In this document: piece by piece, positions 27,207-39,700 of the stretch
Position numbering within the stretch: position 1 is the stretch's first letter
Layout: every line of letters starts with the position of its first letter
NCBI RefSeq assembly: GCF_009914755.1
Contig: NC_060926.1
Direction: 5' to 3' (one strand)
DNA: 64,000 nucleotides
Source: the human T2T-CHM13v2.0 reference genome, Homo sapiens
Program-made: the position numbers and the translations under genes
The notes under the pieces: model-generated
The model's input: the letters and a program-made list of their open reading frames with translations, nothing else
Database searches by the model: none
Told to the model about the DNA's origin: nothing

Positions 27207-28033
27207 TGTATTAGTCCATTTTCACACTGCTATAAAGAAATACCCAAGACTGGGTAATTTATAAAGGAAAGAGGTTGAATTGACTCAATTCTGGGTGGCT
27301 GGGGAGGCCTCAGGAAACTTATAATCATGGTGGAAAGGGAAAAGCACCTTTTTCACAAGGCTAGAGAAGAGAGTGAAGAAGAAACTTGCCAAACATTTTT
27401 AAAACCATCAGATCTCATGAAAACTCACTCACTGTCATAAGAACATCATGGGAGAAACTGTCCCCATGATCCAATCACCTACCAGGTTCCTCCCCCAACA
27501 ACTAGGGATTATAATTATGTGGGAGATCAGTCAGAGTGGCAGAATAAATTATAGGAATAGAAAGAAGCAAACCTTCTTGGAAAACCAGGGGGCTTTGCAT
27601 AGCTTCAGACAGTTTGGCTGAAGACAGCCAGATTTTCCTTTCAGGAGCCAGAGAGCTTAGGGCACAGATACAAAAGAAGGTAGAGTAGTTTATCTAAACA
27701 GCTGTTTTATTCATGTGGTCCTAAGACCAACCTTTGATCATTCACGGACAGGATGGCCCTCTCCAGGGGAGAATGCCCAGGTTAATTACCTACAGGTGTG
27801 CTGACTCAAAGTCTTTGTCAATTAAATCTGTACTAAATAAATGTGAGCATTGCCAGCTTAGAGGAGCTGCAAACTCTTCAGGCCCTAGTGCCATCAGCCC
27901 CCTGGCCCGCTTTTTCACTGAATATCCGTGTCTGAGTACGTGTCTCATCTGTCGTGCAGTTGGGGTCTGCAGGACAGACCCCCGCATAATTCAAGATGAG
28001 ATTTGGGTGGGGATACAAAGCCAAACTGTATCA
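27207..28033 (-). mobile_element. THE1D-like solo LTR, split by LTR22
   Basis: tgtattagtcc...aaactgtatca termini, TSD cccat/cccat. Confidence 0.9.
27518..27986 (+). mobile_element. LTR22-family solo LTR (HERV-K HML-5)
   Basis: tgtgggagatcagtcagagtgg...ggggtctgcaggacagacccccgca termini, aataaa signal at ~27836, TSD taatta/taattc. Confidence 0.85.
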
Positions 28034-28578
28034 CCCATCATCTAGTAGTCCTATAAAGGCAAAGACTCACATATGAGAGGAGTCCCTGTAACTATAAGGC
28101 TATAGTTAAAGGCTCTAGAAAAAGGGGCAAACTGTCATAATTTGCAGTTACAAGGGGCCTCAGGTAAAAGCCTCTGAAAAAGCATAGCAAAATTTGTTAT
28201 ATTTTCTTGGTACCAAAGGTCAACAGCCCTGCAAGCTCTCAAGTGAAAGCCTTAGAGGCTCATAGTCTAAAAATGGGTGAAAATTAGAGATAGGTGAGCC
28301 TTATTAAACTTCAAGGCAGGCTCAGATTAGCTCAGTATCTAATTGGTAGTCCTCCCTGACTCTATAAATGCAGCAAAGAAAAGTCTTCTTTATGATAGAA
28401 TAAAATACCACCTACATCCTATACAGATCTTTGTTCTTAGTGTACAGCAATCAAAAATATTAGCCAAACCATACAAAGAATAACCAAGAGAAAAAAATCA
28501 GACAAGAGAAGAAACCTATAGGATATCCATATATTTTAGCTATCAACAATTAATGTTTAAAATAGCTATAGTAAATTT

Positions 28579-28833
28579 GTTAAATTACAGGTATATATGT
28601 AATATATAATACATAATATATTTCATATTACATATATTATGTATGTCATATATAATATGTAATGTGTACATATATGTGATATGAAATATACATCTCATAT
28701 ATCACATATATATCTGTAATTTAACATACCATACATTAACATATATAACATAGGTAATATATATTTCATAATACATATGTAATAAATTCATTACATATAT
28801 TACATATGTAATATGTAATAAATTCATTAAATT

Positions 28834-28870
<37 letters not shown>

Positions 28871-28880
28871 GAGAGAGAGA
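28579..28880. repeat. AT-rich low-complexity tract followed by a compound (CA)n(TA)n(GA)n microsatellite
   Basis: Directly visible. The microsatellite lies at ~28834-28880. Confidence 0.9.
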
Positions 28881-29797
28881 GGTGGCAAATTTTACTAGAG
28901 AGCCAAATGGACAGCTTAGTGCTGAAAGAAATTAGTAACTGAATGGATAGATATAAAGAGAAGATTGGCTATAGCAGCAGAAGAGAAGATTAGCCAAATG
29001 CTCAAAGCAAAAGGTAGAGAGATAAAAGGTAGAGAGATAAAAGGGAGAAAAAATTATAAGATACACATCAGACATAGTTAAAATGTATAAATATGTAGCA
29101 TATGTGATTTGAAGTCACAGATTGAGGAGAGAATAAGACAAAAGCAATATTTAAAGTGATAATAGTTGGAAATGTTCCAAAACTGATGAGCAGTATCAAT
29201 GCACAAATTTAAAAGTTCTGCAATCCCAAGCTAGATGCATATAAAGAAAACCACACTTAAGTAAATTATAAAATTTTGAAAATCAACTACATAGTGTTCA
29301 AAATATCAAGAAATAAGATAAAGCAGCAACAATGAAAATGACATCTAACTTCTTATGAGAAATTATGGAACCTAGAAGGCAATGAAATAACATCTTTAAA
29401 GTATTGAAAAAACCAAAATGCCAAGAAAGACTTCTATGCACACAGAAAATATACTACATCAGCAATAAAAAATAAGCATTTTTAGACAAAAACTAAGAGC
29501 ATTCATTACTATACCACTTGCACTTAAAATATACTAAAGGGATTTCCTTAGGCATGAGAAAAATACCAAAGGGGAAAACATTAAAAACTTTAAAATTAAT
29601 AAAGTATACTTAGAAGGCTAAACATGACGGTAAATCTAAAGGAATACTGTACATACAAAATAATAATGACCTAGGATTTAAAAATATGTATAAAATTAAA
29701 CATGACAAGACAATAACACAAATGTTAGGAAGTAAATTAATTGAAGATGAACTTGACTCTTTAAAACTTTTAAAATTAAGGTTTAACACACATACTT

Positions 29798-30102
29798 GTT
29801 TTTTTTTTTTTTTTTTTTTTGAGACAGAGTCTTACTCTGTCACCCGTGCTGGAGTGCAATGGCGTGATCTCGGCTCACTGCAACCTCTGCTGCCTGAGTT
29901 AAGTGATTCTCCTGCCTCAGCCTCCCAAGTAGCTGGGATTACAGGCACCCACCACCGCACCTGGCTAATTTTTGTATTTTTAGTAGAGATGGGGTTTCAC
30001 CATGTTGGCCAGTCTGGTTTCGAACTCCTGACCTCAGGTGATATACCTGCCTCGACCTCCCAAAGTGCTGGGATTACAGGCATGAGCCACCGTTCCTGGC
30101 CA
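29798..30102 (-). mobile_element. AluS (Sx-like)
   Basis: T-tract of about 22 nt, then a full dimeric antisense Alu with ctcctgacctcaggtgat. Confidence 0.93.
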
Positions 30103-30109
30103 CCTGAGT

Positions 30110-30920
30110 CTTAAAGTTTAATAAATATTTATATGTGTATATGCTCATATAATCACCACAACTGAAACAGAAATTTCCAACATGACAGAATGTTCCCTTG
30201 TGTCTCTCCCACTGTTCAGACTTCTGTCACTATAAATTAGTTTACCTATTCTGGAATTTCATATGAATTTCACATTCATTTCATATGAATGTAGGTGCTC
30301 GTCTCTGATAATCATCCATATTGTTTGCAACAGTTCATTTTTATAAAATAGGAAGTATTTCATTGTATGAATGTTCTACAATTTATTTATATGTTCTCCT
30401 GTTGATGAACATATGGCTGTTCCTAGCTTGGAGCTAGCATAAATAAAGCTACTTTAAACATTTTGTCTTTTGATGAACAGATGCCCTCATTTCTGTGATG
30501 TATAAAATAAGAGTAAAATTGTTGGATTAGAGGCAGATATAAATATAGCTTTAGTAAATATAGCCGAGGAGTTTCCAAAGTTGTTGTATCAATTTATATT
30601 ACTATCAGCAATATAGCTCCAGTTGTCTCATGTCTTCACTAAAACATGATACTGTCACAGTGTCTTCAATTTTTTCTACTTTTGTTGGTATGTAGTGGTA
30701 TCTCATAATGGTCTCAATTTCATTTTCTTCTTGAATAACAACATTGAGCATCTTTTGTTAGGTTCATTGTTCATTAGAATAGCTTGTTAAGTGCCTGTTT
30801 AAGATGTTGCCCAAGTTTTGGTTAGGAAGTTTGTCTTCCTTTCATTGATTTACAGGACTTAGATAATCTCCATAAGGATCCTTAATGGAATATATGTATT
30901 ATAATTATTTTCACCCAGGC
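30110..30920 (-). mobile_element. Old L1MB/L1ME-like 3' fragment
   Basis: ttctcctgttgatgaacat, gtatgtagtggtatctcat and ttgagcatctttt are antisense L1 motifs. Confidence 0.7.
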
Positions 30921-31488
30921 TACAGCTTGGCAAATAGTACTCCTCTGGGAATTTGGCCACCATAACAAATGACACTGTTTTCTACCACTAGGTTAAATGG
31001 GATATGGGAGTCTACTTCAAAGAAATAGAAAAAATAATGTATTGCTTTGTTCATTTTATTGTTACAAGTAAAGGGTATACTTACTGCAAATGGATGTAGT
31101 GGACATTTACTCATTTATTTAACATAGGATGTTAAATGCTGACAGAGACCAGTTAAGTAATATATAAAAAAGAAATGGACCAAATGACCGGGAGAAAACT
31201 GTCTCAGATTTAGAGATACAACTGTGGGCAATGAAGACACTGATAAAACAAAGAACACATGACCCATTTAATTTGAACAATCACTAATGCAATTTACCTG
31301 CTTGTTGTGAAGTCATAGTTGCCCAATTTTCTTTTTCTGTAGAATCTAGCTATTTGGAATATTTTAACCAAGACCAAGAATATTTTAGCTATTTAGAATA
31401 TTTTACCAATATTTTGTTTTTAACATAAAACCCATGAGCCACAAGTTTACGATCCCTGATTTTATATTGAGTGACAATTAAAACTCAC

Positions 31489-31987
31489 CATGGCAGGAAA
31501 AATAATGGCCACCCCAAGGATGTTCACTCCCAGTCCCCAGAATCTGTGAATATGTTTTGTTACACAGCAAGAGGAGTTAAGGTTCCAGATGAAAATAAGG
31601 TTGCTAATCAACTTGCCTTAAAATAAAAAAGGTTATCTTAGATAATCCAGGTGGGCCCAATGTAATCACAAGGGTCTTTGAATGGAAAAAGTTTAGTCAG
31701 AAGAGTCAATGTGTGATGTGATAAAAGACTCAACCAGACATTGCTGAGTTTGAAGATAGAAGGGGCCATCAGTCAAAGAATGTGGGCATTCTTTACAAAG
31801 CTCCCAAATTCAGGAAAATGGATTCTGCCCTGGAGTCTCCGGAAAGGAAAGTAGCTCTCTCTATACCTTAATTTTAGCTCAGTGAGACCTGGATTGACTT
31901 TTGGCCTCCAGCATGGTAAGATGACAAATCTGCATTGTTTTAAGTCACTAACTTTGTGTTAACCTGCCACAGTGGCACTAGAATACC
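31489..31987 (+). mobile_element. MLT1D-like solo LTR
   Basis: tggcagg...aataatggccc, aaggttgctaatca and atccaggtgggcccaatgtaatcacaagggtc. Confidence 0.82.
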
Positions 31988-32045
31988 CCACCTAAAAGAT
32001 TTAAACTTATTTCAAGATCCACTAAGAATTATCCTAATTTAAGAT

Positions 32046-32407
32046 TGTATTAGTCCGTTTTCACACTGCTGATAAAGATATACCTGAGACCAGGAAGAAA
32101 AAGAGGTTTAATGGACTTACAGTTCCACATGGCTAGGGAGGCCTCACGATAATGGTGGAAAGCAAGGAGAAGCAAGTCACATCTTACATGGATGGCAGCA
32201 AGCAAAGAGAGAGCTGTGCAGAGAAACTCCTGTTTTAAAAACCATCAGATCTCAGGAGACCCATTCACTACTATGAGAACAGCATGGGAAAGACTCACCC
32301 CCATGATTCAATCATCTCCCACCAGGTCCCTCCCACAACACAACATGTGGGAATTATGGGAGCCATGAGATAAGATTTGGGTGGGGACACAGAACCAAAC
32401 CGTATCA
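32046..32407 (-). mobile_element. THE1B-like solo LTR
   Basis: tgtattagtccg...aaaccgtatca termini, TSD aagat/aagat. Confidence 0.92.
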
Positions 32408-32756
32408 AAGATAATTTTGCTCAAAATAATTTATATGTTACATAAAGGTAAGATTTCTCATTTGACTTACTGTAGGAGTACAGGTGTCACTTTTTTGATA
32501 CAATAATATATATATAATGAAACTCTTGATTATGTTAAAGGTTTACAATGGATTGCTGGAACTGATAAAGCTCATATCAGACAAGTTGATCAAACATATT
32601 TCAACTTATTTTCACAAATATCTCTAATTTTAATTATCAAAGCAGCCAACAGATAACCATTAATGCATTCTAAAATATTTTGTTACATTGTTCCTCTTTT
32701 CTAAAACTAAAGGAGTAGGGCTTTCTTCACCTAAAATTTAGAATATCAATAGTTAG

Positions 32757-33382
32757 AATGTAAATCAGCTCAAGTATTGTGGAAGACAGTATGGCAATTC
32801 CTCGAGGATCTAGAACCAGAAACACCATTTGATCCAGCAATCCCATTACTGGGTATATACCCAAAGGATTATAAATCATTCTACTATGAAGAGACATGCA
32901 CACATATGTTTATTGCAGCACTATTCACAATAGCAAAGACTTGGAACCAACCCAAATGTCCATCAATGAAATACTGGATAAAGAAAATGTGGTACATATA
33001 CATCATGGAATATTATGCAGCCATAACAAAGGGAAGAGTTCATGTCCTTTTCAGGGACATGGATGAAGCTGGAAACCATCATTCTCAGCAAGCTAACACA
33101 GCAACAGAAAACCAAACACTGCATGTTCTCCCTCATAAGTGGGAGTTGAGCAATGAGAACACATGGACACAGAGAGGGGAACATCACACACCAGAGCCTG
33201 TCAGGGGGTGGTGGGAAAGGGGAGGGAGAGCATTATGACAAATACCTAATGCATGTGGGGCTTAAAACCTAAATGCTGGGTTGATTGGTGCAGCAAACCA
33301 CCATGGGACATGTATACCTATGTAACAAACCTACACGCTCAGCACATGTACTCAAGATCTTAAAGTAAAATTGAAAAAAAAA
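32757..33382 (+). mobile_element. L1PA7/8-like 5'-truncated 3' end
   Basis: The ORF at 32777 encodes the ORF2p C-terminus (WKTVWQFL..PFDPAIPLLGIYP..MFIAALFTIAKTWNQPKCP), followed by 3'UTR and an A tail. Confidence 0.93.
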
Positions 33383-33759
33383 TTCATTTCAATTAATTAG
33401 ATTATTCAATATCAAATTAAAAATCCCATCGATAATGCCAATTATAAATATTTAAATATTTAATTCATTTAAATAATTCATTTAAAAATTTATATGCTTA
33501 TTTTAAAATTTATATGATTTAACAAAATGATTTACCAAATTATCAGTATTATCCAAATGAAACCTAAAAGCTTAGTTTTTGTAATTTTAAACAATTATGA
33601 TAAATAACAGTCTATTTAATAGTCTGATTTCAATCCATTTAAAAACATTAAATTATGAAAATCAACATCAGATCTATCCAGAAGCAGCATTGAACTCTGA
33701 TTGAAGAAACAAATCAGACAAAATATTGTTATAGAAATATTTACATTTTATAAACTTTA

Positions 33760-36700
33760 AATTTTTTATTTTTAATTTTTGTGGGCATATAGTAGGTATA
33801 TATATTTAGAGGTACATGAGATATTTTGATACAGGTATGCAATGCATAATAACCACATCATGGAAAATAGGGTACACATCCCTTCAATATTTTCAATATT
33901 CAATGACACAACATACTTTGCGTTACAAATAATCCAACTATACTTTTACGTATTTTTAAATGTATAACTAAATCATTATTGACTATAGTCACCCTGTTGC
34001 ACTATCAAATACTAGGTCTTATCCATTCTTTCTAACTTTTTTTGGACCAATTAACTATCCTCACTTCACCCTCTACAACCCCATTCCCTTTTCCGGCCTC
34101 TGATACCCATTCTTCTAATCTCCATGAGTTCAATTGTTTTAATTTCAAGGTCCCACATATAAGTGAGAACATGCAAAGTTTTTGTTTCTATACCCTGCTT
34201 ATTTCACTGAACATAATGACCTCCAGCTCCATCCATGTTGTTGCAAATGACAGCATCTCATTCTTTTTAATGGTTGAATACTACTCCATTGTGTATATGC
34301 AACACATTTTCCTTATCCATTTGTCTCTTGATGGACATTTAGGTTGCTTCCAAATCTTGGCTGTTGTGAATGGTGTTGCAACAAACATGGGAGTGCAAGG
34401 ATGTCTTCAATTTCCTCAATTCCTTTATTTTGGGTATATGCCTAGCAGTGGGACTGCTGGGTCATATGGTAGCTCTATTTTTAGTTTTTTGAGGAACTTC
34501 CAAATTTCTTCATAGTCATTGTACTACTTTACATTTCCACCAATGGTGAAGGAGGGGGGTTCCCTTATCCCCACATCGTCTCTAGCATTCGTTATGCCTG
34601 TCTTTTGGATAAAATCCATTTTAACTAGAGTGAGATGATATATCATTGTAGTTTTGTTTTGCATTTCTCTGATGATGTTGGGCACCTTTTCACATGCCTG
34701 TTCACCATTCATATGTCTTATTTTGATAAATGTCTATGCAAATCTTTGGCCCATTTTTAAATCAGATCATTTGGATTTTTTCTACAGAGCCGTTTGAACT
34801 CCTTCTGTATTCTGGTTATTAATCCCTTGTCACGTGGCTAGTTTGCAAATATGTTCTTCCATTCTGTGGGTTGTCTCTTCACTTTGTCGATTGTTTCCTT
34901 TGATGTCTAGAAGGTTTCTTACTTGACATGATCCCATTTGTTCATTTACGCTTTGGTTGCCAGTGCTTTGGAGGTATTACTAAAGAAATTTTTGCTAAGT
35001 CCAATGTCCTGGAGAGTTTCCCCAATATTTTCTTTTTGTAGTTTCATTCTTTGAGGTCTTAGATTTAAGTCTACAATCCATTTTGATTTGATTTTCTATA
35101 TGGTGAGAGATAGGGGTCTAGTTTCTTCTGCATATGTATATTCAGTTTTCCCAGCACTATTTATTAAAGTCTGTTTTTTTTCCCAATGAATGTTCTTTGC
35201 ACCTTTGTTGAAGATGAGTTCATTGTAGATGAATGAATTTATTTCTGGATTCTATATTCTGTTCCACTGGTCTATGTGTCTGTCTTTATGCTAGTACCAT
35301 AATTGCTGTATTTACTATATATCTTCAGTACAAATTGAAGTCAGGTAATGTGATAACTCCAGTTTTGTTCTTTTTCTCAGGATTGCTTTGGCTATTCTTG
35401 GTCTTTTGTGGCTCCATATAAAATTTAGGATAGCTTTTTCTATTTCTGTGAAGCACGTCATTGGTATTTTGATAGGGGTTGCATTGAATCTGCAGATTGC
35501 TTTGGGTAGTATGAATATTGTAACAACATTGACTCTTCCAATCCACAAACATGGAATATATTTCCATTTTTTTGTGTGCTTCTCAATTTCTTGCATCAGT
35601 ATTTTATGGTTTTCACTGTAGAGATCTTTCTTGTTTTGGTTAATTCCTGGGTATTTAATTTTACGTGTGGCTATTATAAATAGGATTACTTTCTTTTTCA
35701 GATTGTTTGCTGTTGGCATATACAAATGCTACTGAGTTTTGTATGTTGATTTTGCATTCTGCAAATTTACTGAATCTGTTTATCAATTCTAGCAGTTTTT
35801 TGGTGGAATCTAGGTTTTTCCAAATATAAGATTGTATCATCTGCTAACAAGGATAGTTTGATTTCCTCTTTTCCAATTTGGATGCTATTTCTTTCTTTCT
35901 CTTGACTGATTGCTCTAGCTAGGATTTCAAGTATTATGTTGAATAACAGTAACAGTAAACATACTTGTCATGTCCAGATCTTAGAGGAAAGGCTTTCAGT
36001 TTTTCCCCCGTTCAGTATAATAGTAGCTGTGGGTCTGTGGTATATGGCTTTTATTGTGTTGAATTTCTTCTTTCTATATCCCATTTTTTGAGAGTTTTTA
36101 TCATGAAAGGATGTTGAGTTTTATCAAATGCTTTTTCAGCATCAGTTGAAATGACCATGTGGTTTTTGTCCTTCATTCTGTTGATATAATGTATTACATT
36201 GATTGATTTGCATATGTTCAACCATTCTTGCATTCCAGAAATAAATCCCACTTGGTCATGATAAATTATCTTTTTAACATATTGTTGAATTCAGTTTGCT
36301 GGTATTTTGTTGAGGATTTTTGCATCAATATTCATCAGGGATATTGGCCTGTAGTTTTTTTGTTTGTTTGTTTGTTTTTCTTTTTGGTGTGTGTTTGTCT
36401 GGTTTTTGTATCAGGGTAATACTGGTCTTGTAAAATGCATTTGGAAGTATTCCCTCCTGCTCTGTTTTTTCAAGATAGTTTGAGTGGGACTGGTGTTAAT
36501 TCTTCTTAAAATATTTGGTAGAATTCAGCAGTGAAGCTTTTGGGTCTGTGCTCTTCTTTATTAACAGACTTTTTATTATGGCTTCAATCTCATCACTTAT
36601 TGTTCGGTTCACCTTTTGAATTTCTTCATGGCTCAAACTTGGTAGGTTGTATGTGTTGGAATTTGTCCATTTCCTCTAGATTTTTCAATGTATTGGCATG

Positions 36701-39700
36701 TAGTTGCTCATAGTAGCTACTAATGATTCTTTGAATTTCTGTAGTATCAGATGTGATGTCTTCCTTTTCATCTCTGATTTATTTGGGTTTTCTTTTTTCC
36801 TTAGTCTGGCTAAAGGTTTCTTAATTTTGTTTATCTTTTAAAAACACCAACTTTTTGTTTCATTTGCATTTTGTATTGTTTTTCATTTCAATTTCATTTA
36901 TTTGTGCTCTGTTATTTTTTTCTTCTACTAATTTTAAGATTGGTTTGCTCTTGCTTTTTTAGTTCTTTAAGATGCATCATTAGGTTGCTTATTTGAAGTT
37001 TTTCTTTTTTATATGTAGTTGCTCTTAACTATAGATTTCCTGGCAAGTTCTGCCCTCATGTATCTTATAGCTTTTGGCATGTTGTGTTTCCAGTATCATT
37101 TGTTTTCAAAAATTTTTCAATTTTCTTAAAATTGAAAAAATGAAAAATTTCTTGAAAAATTGACTCACTGGACATTCAGGAGCATATTGCTTAATTTCCA
37201 TGTATTTGTATAGTTTACAAAATTCCTTTTGTTATATTGATTTCTAGGCTTTATTTTCTTGTGGTCAGAGAAGATGCTTGATATTATTTCAGTTTTTGAA
37301 TGTTTTAAGACTTGTTTTGTGACACAACATATGGTCTATCCTTGAGAATAATCCATGTGCTGAGGCAAAGAATGTGTATTCTGCAGCCATTGCATGAAAT
37401 GTTCTGTAAATATCTATTAGGTATATTGATTTTATAGTGCAGATTAAGCCTAATTTTTTGTTGACTTTCTGTCTGGAAGGTCTGTCCAATGCTGAAAATG
37501 TGTTGAAGTATCCAGATATTATTGTTTTGAGATTTCTCTCTTTACCTGTAATAATATTTGCTTTATATATGTAGGTGCTCAAGTGTTAGATGCACATATA
37601 TTTACAACTATCATATTCACTTGCTGAATTGACCTCTTTATCATTATATAATGACCTCCTTTGTGTCTTCCTAGAGTTTTTGTCTTGAAATCTGTTTTGT
37701 CTGATATAACTACTCCTTCTCTTGTGTCCGTCAGCATGGAATATCTTTTTCCATCCCTTTATTTTCAGACTGTATGTATCTTTGTAGGTGAAGTGTGTTT
37801 CTTATAGGCAACAGATTATTGGTCTTATTTTAATCCATTCAGCCACTATTTTTATTGTCTTATCTTTTTTGCTTTTTATTGTTTTTATTTTTATTTGTCT
37901 TTTTACTGGAGAGTTTAGGCCATTTACATTCCATGTTATTATTGGCAAGTGAGAACTTCCTCCTGCCATTTTTTTTTTCTGGCAGTTTTCTTGTCTTCAC
38001 TTTCTTCTTGTCTTCCTTTTAGCAAAGATTATATGCTCTGGTGGTGATTTAATTTCTTTTTATTTTTTGTGTATCCATTGTATGTTTTTGATTAGAGGTC
38101 ACCATGAGGCTTACAAATTTTATAACTTATTATTTTAAGCTGATGAAAATTTAACACTGATTGTATAAACAAATTAACAAACAAGCAAAAAGAGCACTAA
38201 CAAAAACTCTATACCCCATCACTTCTTGGCCCTTTGGCTAAGATCAAGTGTAAAAACTTTACACCTTAACTTCATCCCCCAGACTACTTTTTAACTTTTT
38301 GTTGTTTCTCTTTATGTTTTATCATACTCTCTATGTCCTGAAAAGTTGTTGTAGTTATTGGTTAATTATTCAGTATTTCCACGCAAGAGTAGTTCAGATA
38401 CCTCAGTTACAGTGTTATAATATTCTGTGTTTTCCTGTGTGCTTACTCTTACCAGTGAATTTTGTACCTTCAGATGACTTCTTATTGCTCATTAACATTC
38501 TTTTCTTTCAGATTGAAGAACTCCCTTTAACCTTTCTTGTAAGACAGGTCTGGTATTAATGAAATTCTTCAGCTTTTGTTTGTGTGGGAAAGTATTTTTC
38601 CTTCATGTTTGAAGGATGTTTTGGCCAGATATACTACTCAAGGGTAAAAGTTTTGTTTTCGTTTTTCTCCTTCCTCACCTTCAATATGTCATGCCACTCT
38701 CTCTTGGCCTGTAATGTTTCCACTGAAAAGTCTGCTGCCAGACATATTGAAGCCTCATTGTATGTTATTTCTTCTTTTCTCTTGCTGCTTTTAGAACCGT
38801 TTCTTTATTGTTGATATTTGGGAGTCTGATTATTAAATGGCTTGAGGTAGTCTTCTTCGGGTTAAATCTACTTGGTGGTCTATAACCTTTTTGTACTTGG
38901 AGTTGATATCTTTTTCTAGGTTTGGGAAGTTCTCTGTGATTATCCCTTTGAATAAACTTTCTACCACTATATCTTCCTCTACCTCCTCTTTAAAACCAGT
39001 AACTCTTAGACTTCACCTTTCAATGCTATTTTCTAGGTCCTGCAGGTGCACTTAATTGTTTATTATTCCTTTCTGTCTCCTCCAAATGTGTATTTTCAAA
39101 TAGGCTGTCTTCAAGCTCACAAATTCTTTTTTCTGATTCATCAATTCTGCTCTTAGGAAACTCACGCATTCTCCAGCATATCACTTTCATTTTTCAACTC
39201 TACAACTTCTGCTTCTTTTTCATGAAATATTTGTTAAATTTATCCAATAGAATTCTAAATTCCTTGTCTACGTTATCTTGAATTTCTTTGAATTTTCTCA
39301 AAACAGCAATTTTGAATTCTGTCTGACAGTTTACATATCTCTATTTCTCCAGGATTGGCCTTGGTACCTTATTTATTATAGTTTATTTGGTGAGGCCATG
39401 CTTTTCTGCTGGTCTTGATATTTGTAGATGTTTGTCATTGTCCGGGCATTGAAGAGTTAGGAATTTATTGTGGTCTTCATAGTCTGGCCTTGTTTATGCC
39501 CATTCTTCTTGGGAAGGCTTTCCAGGAATTCAAGGGCCCCAATCCCAGTATCACTGTGGTTCTTACAGATTTGTTGATGTACCACCTTGGAGATCTCATA
39601 TAAAATCTGGAAGAATTATCTCAATTACCAGGCGATACTCCTGTTCTCTTCCCTTACTTTCTCCCAAACAAATGGAGTTTCTGTCTCTATCCTGAGCTGC

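Larger units (their letters stand above)
26760..29790 (+). mobile_element. Old L1M 5'UTR/ORF1 relic, interrupted by THE1D and LTR22
   Basis: ORF1-like motifs at 28900-29560 (gcaatatttaaagtgataata, aaagaaaaccacac, aacatctttaaagtattgaaa). The 5' boundary is uncertain. Confidence 0.55.

Noticed and set aside
29686-30114. 142-aa ORF, and similar ones at 53471, 54621 and 60227
   Set aside because: These are translations of antisense Alu sequence, not genes.
32777-33238. 153-aa ORF with real protein similarity
   Set aside because: Frameshifted C-terminal remnant of L1 ORF2p in a truncated copy, so not a functional CDS.
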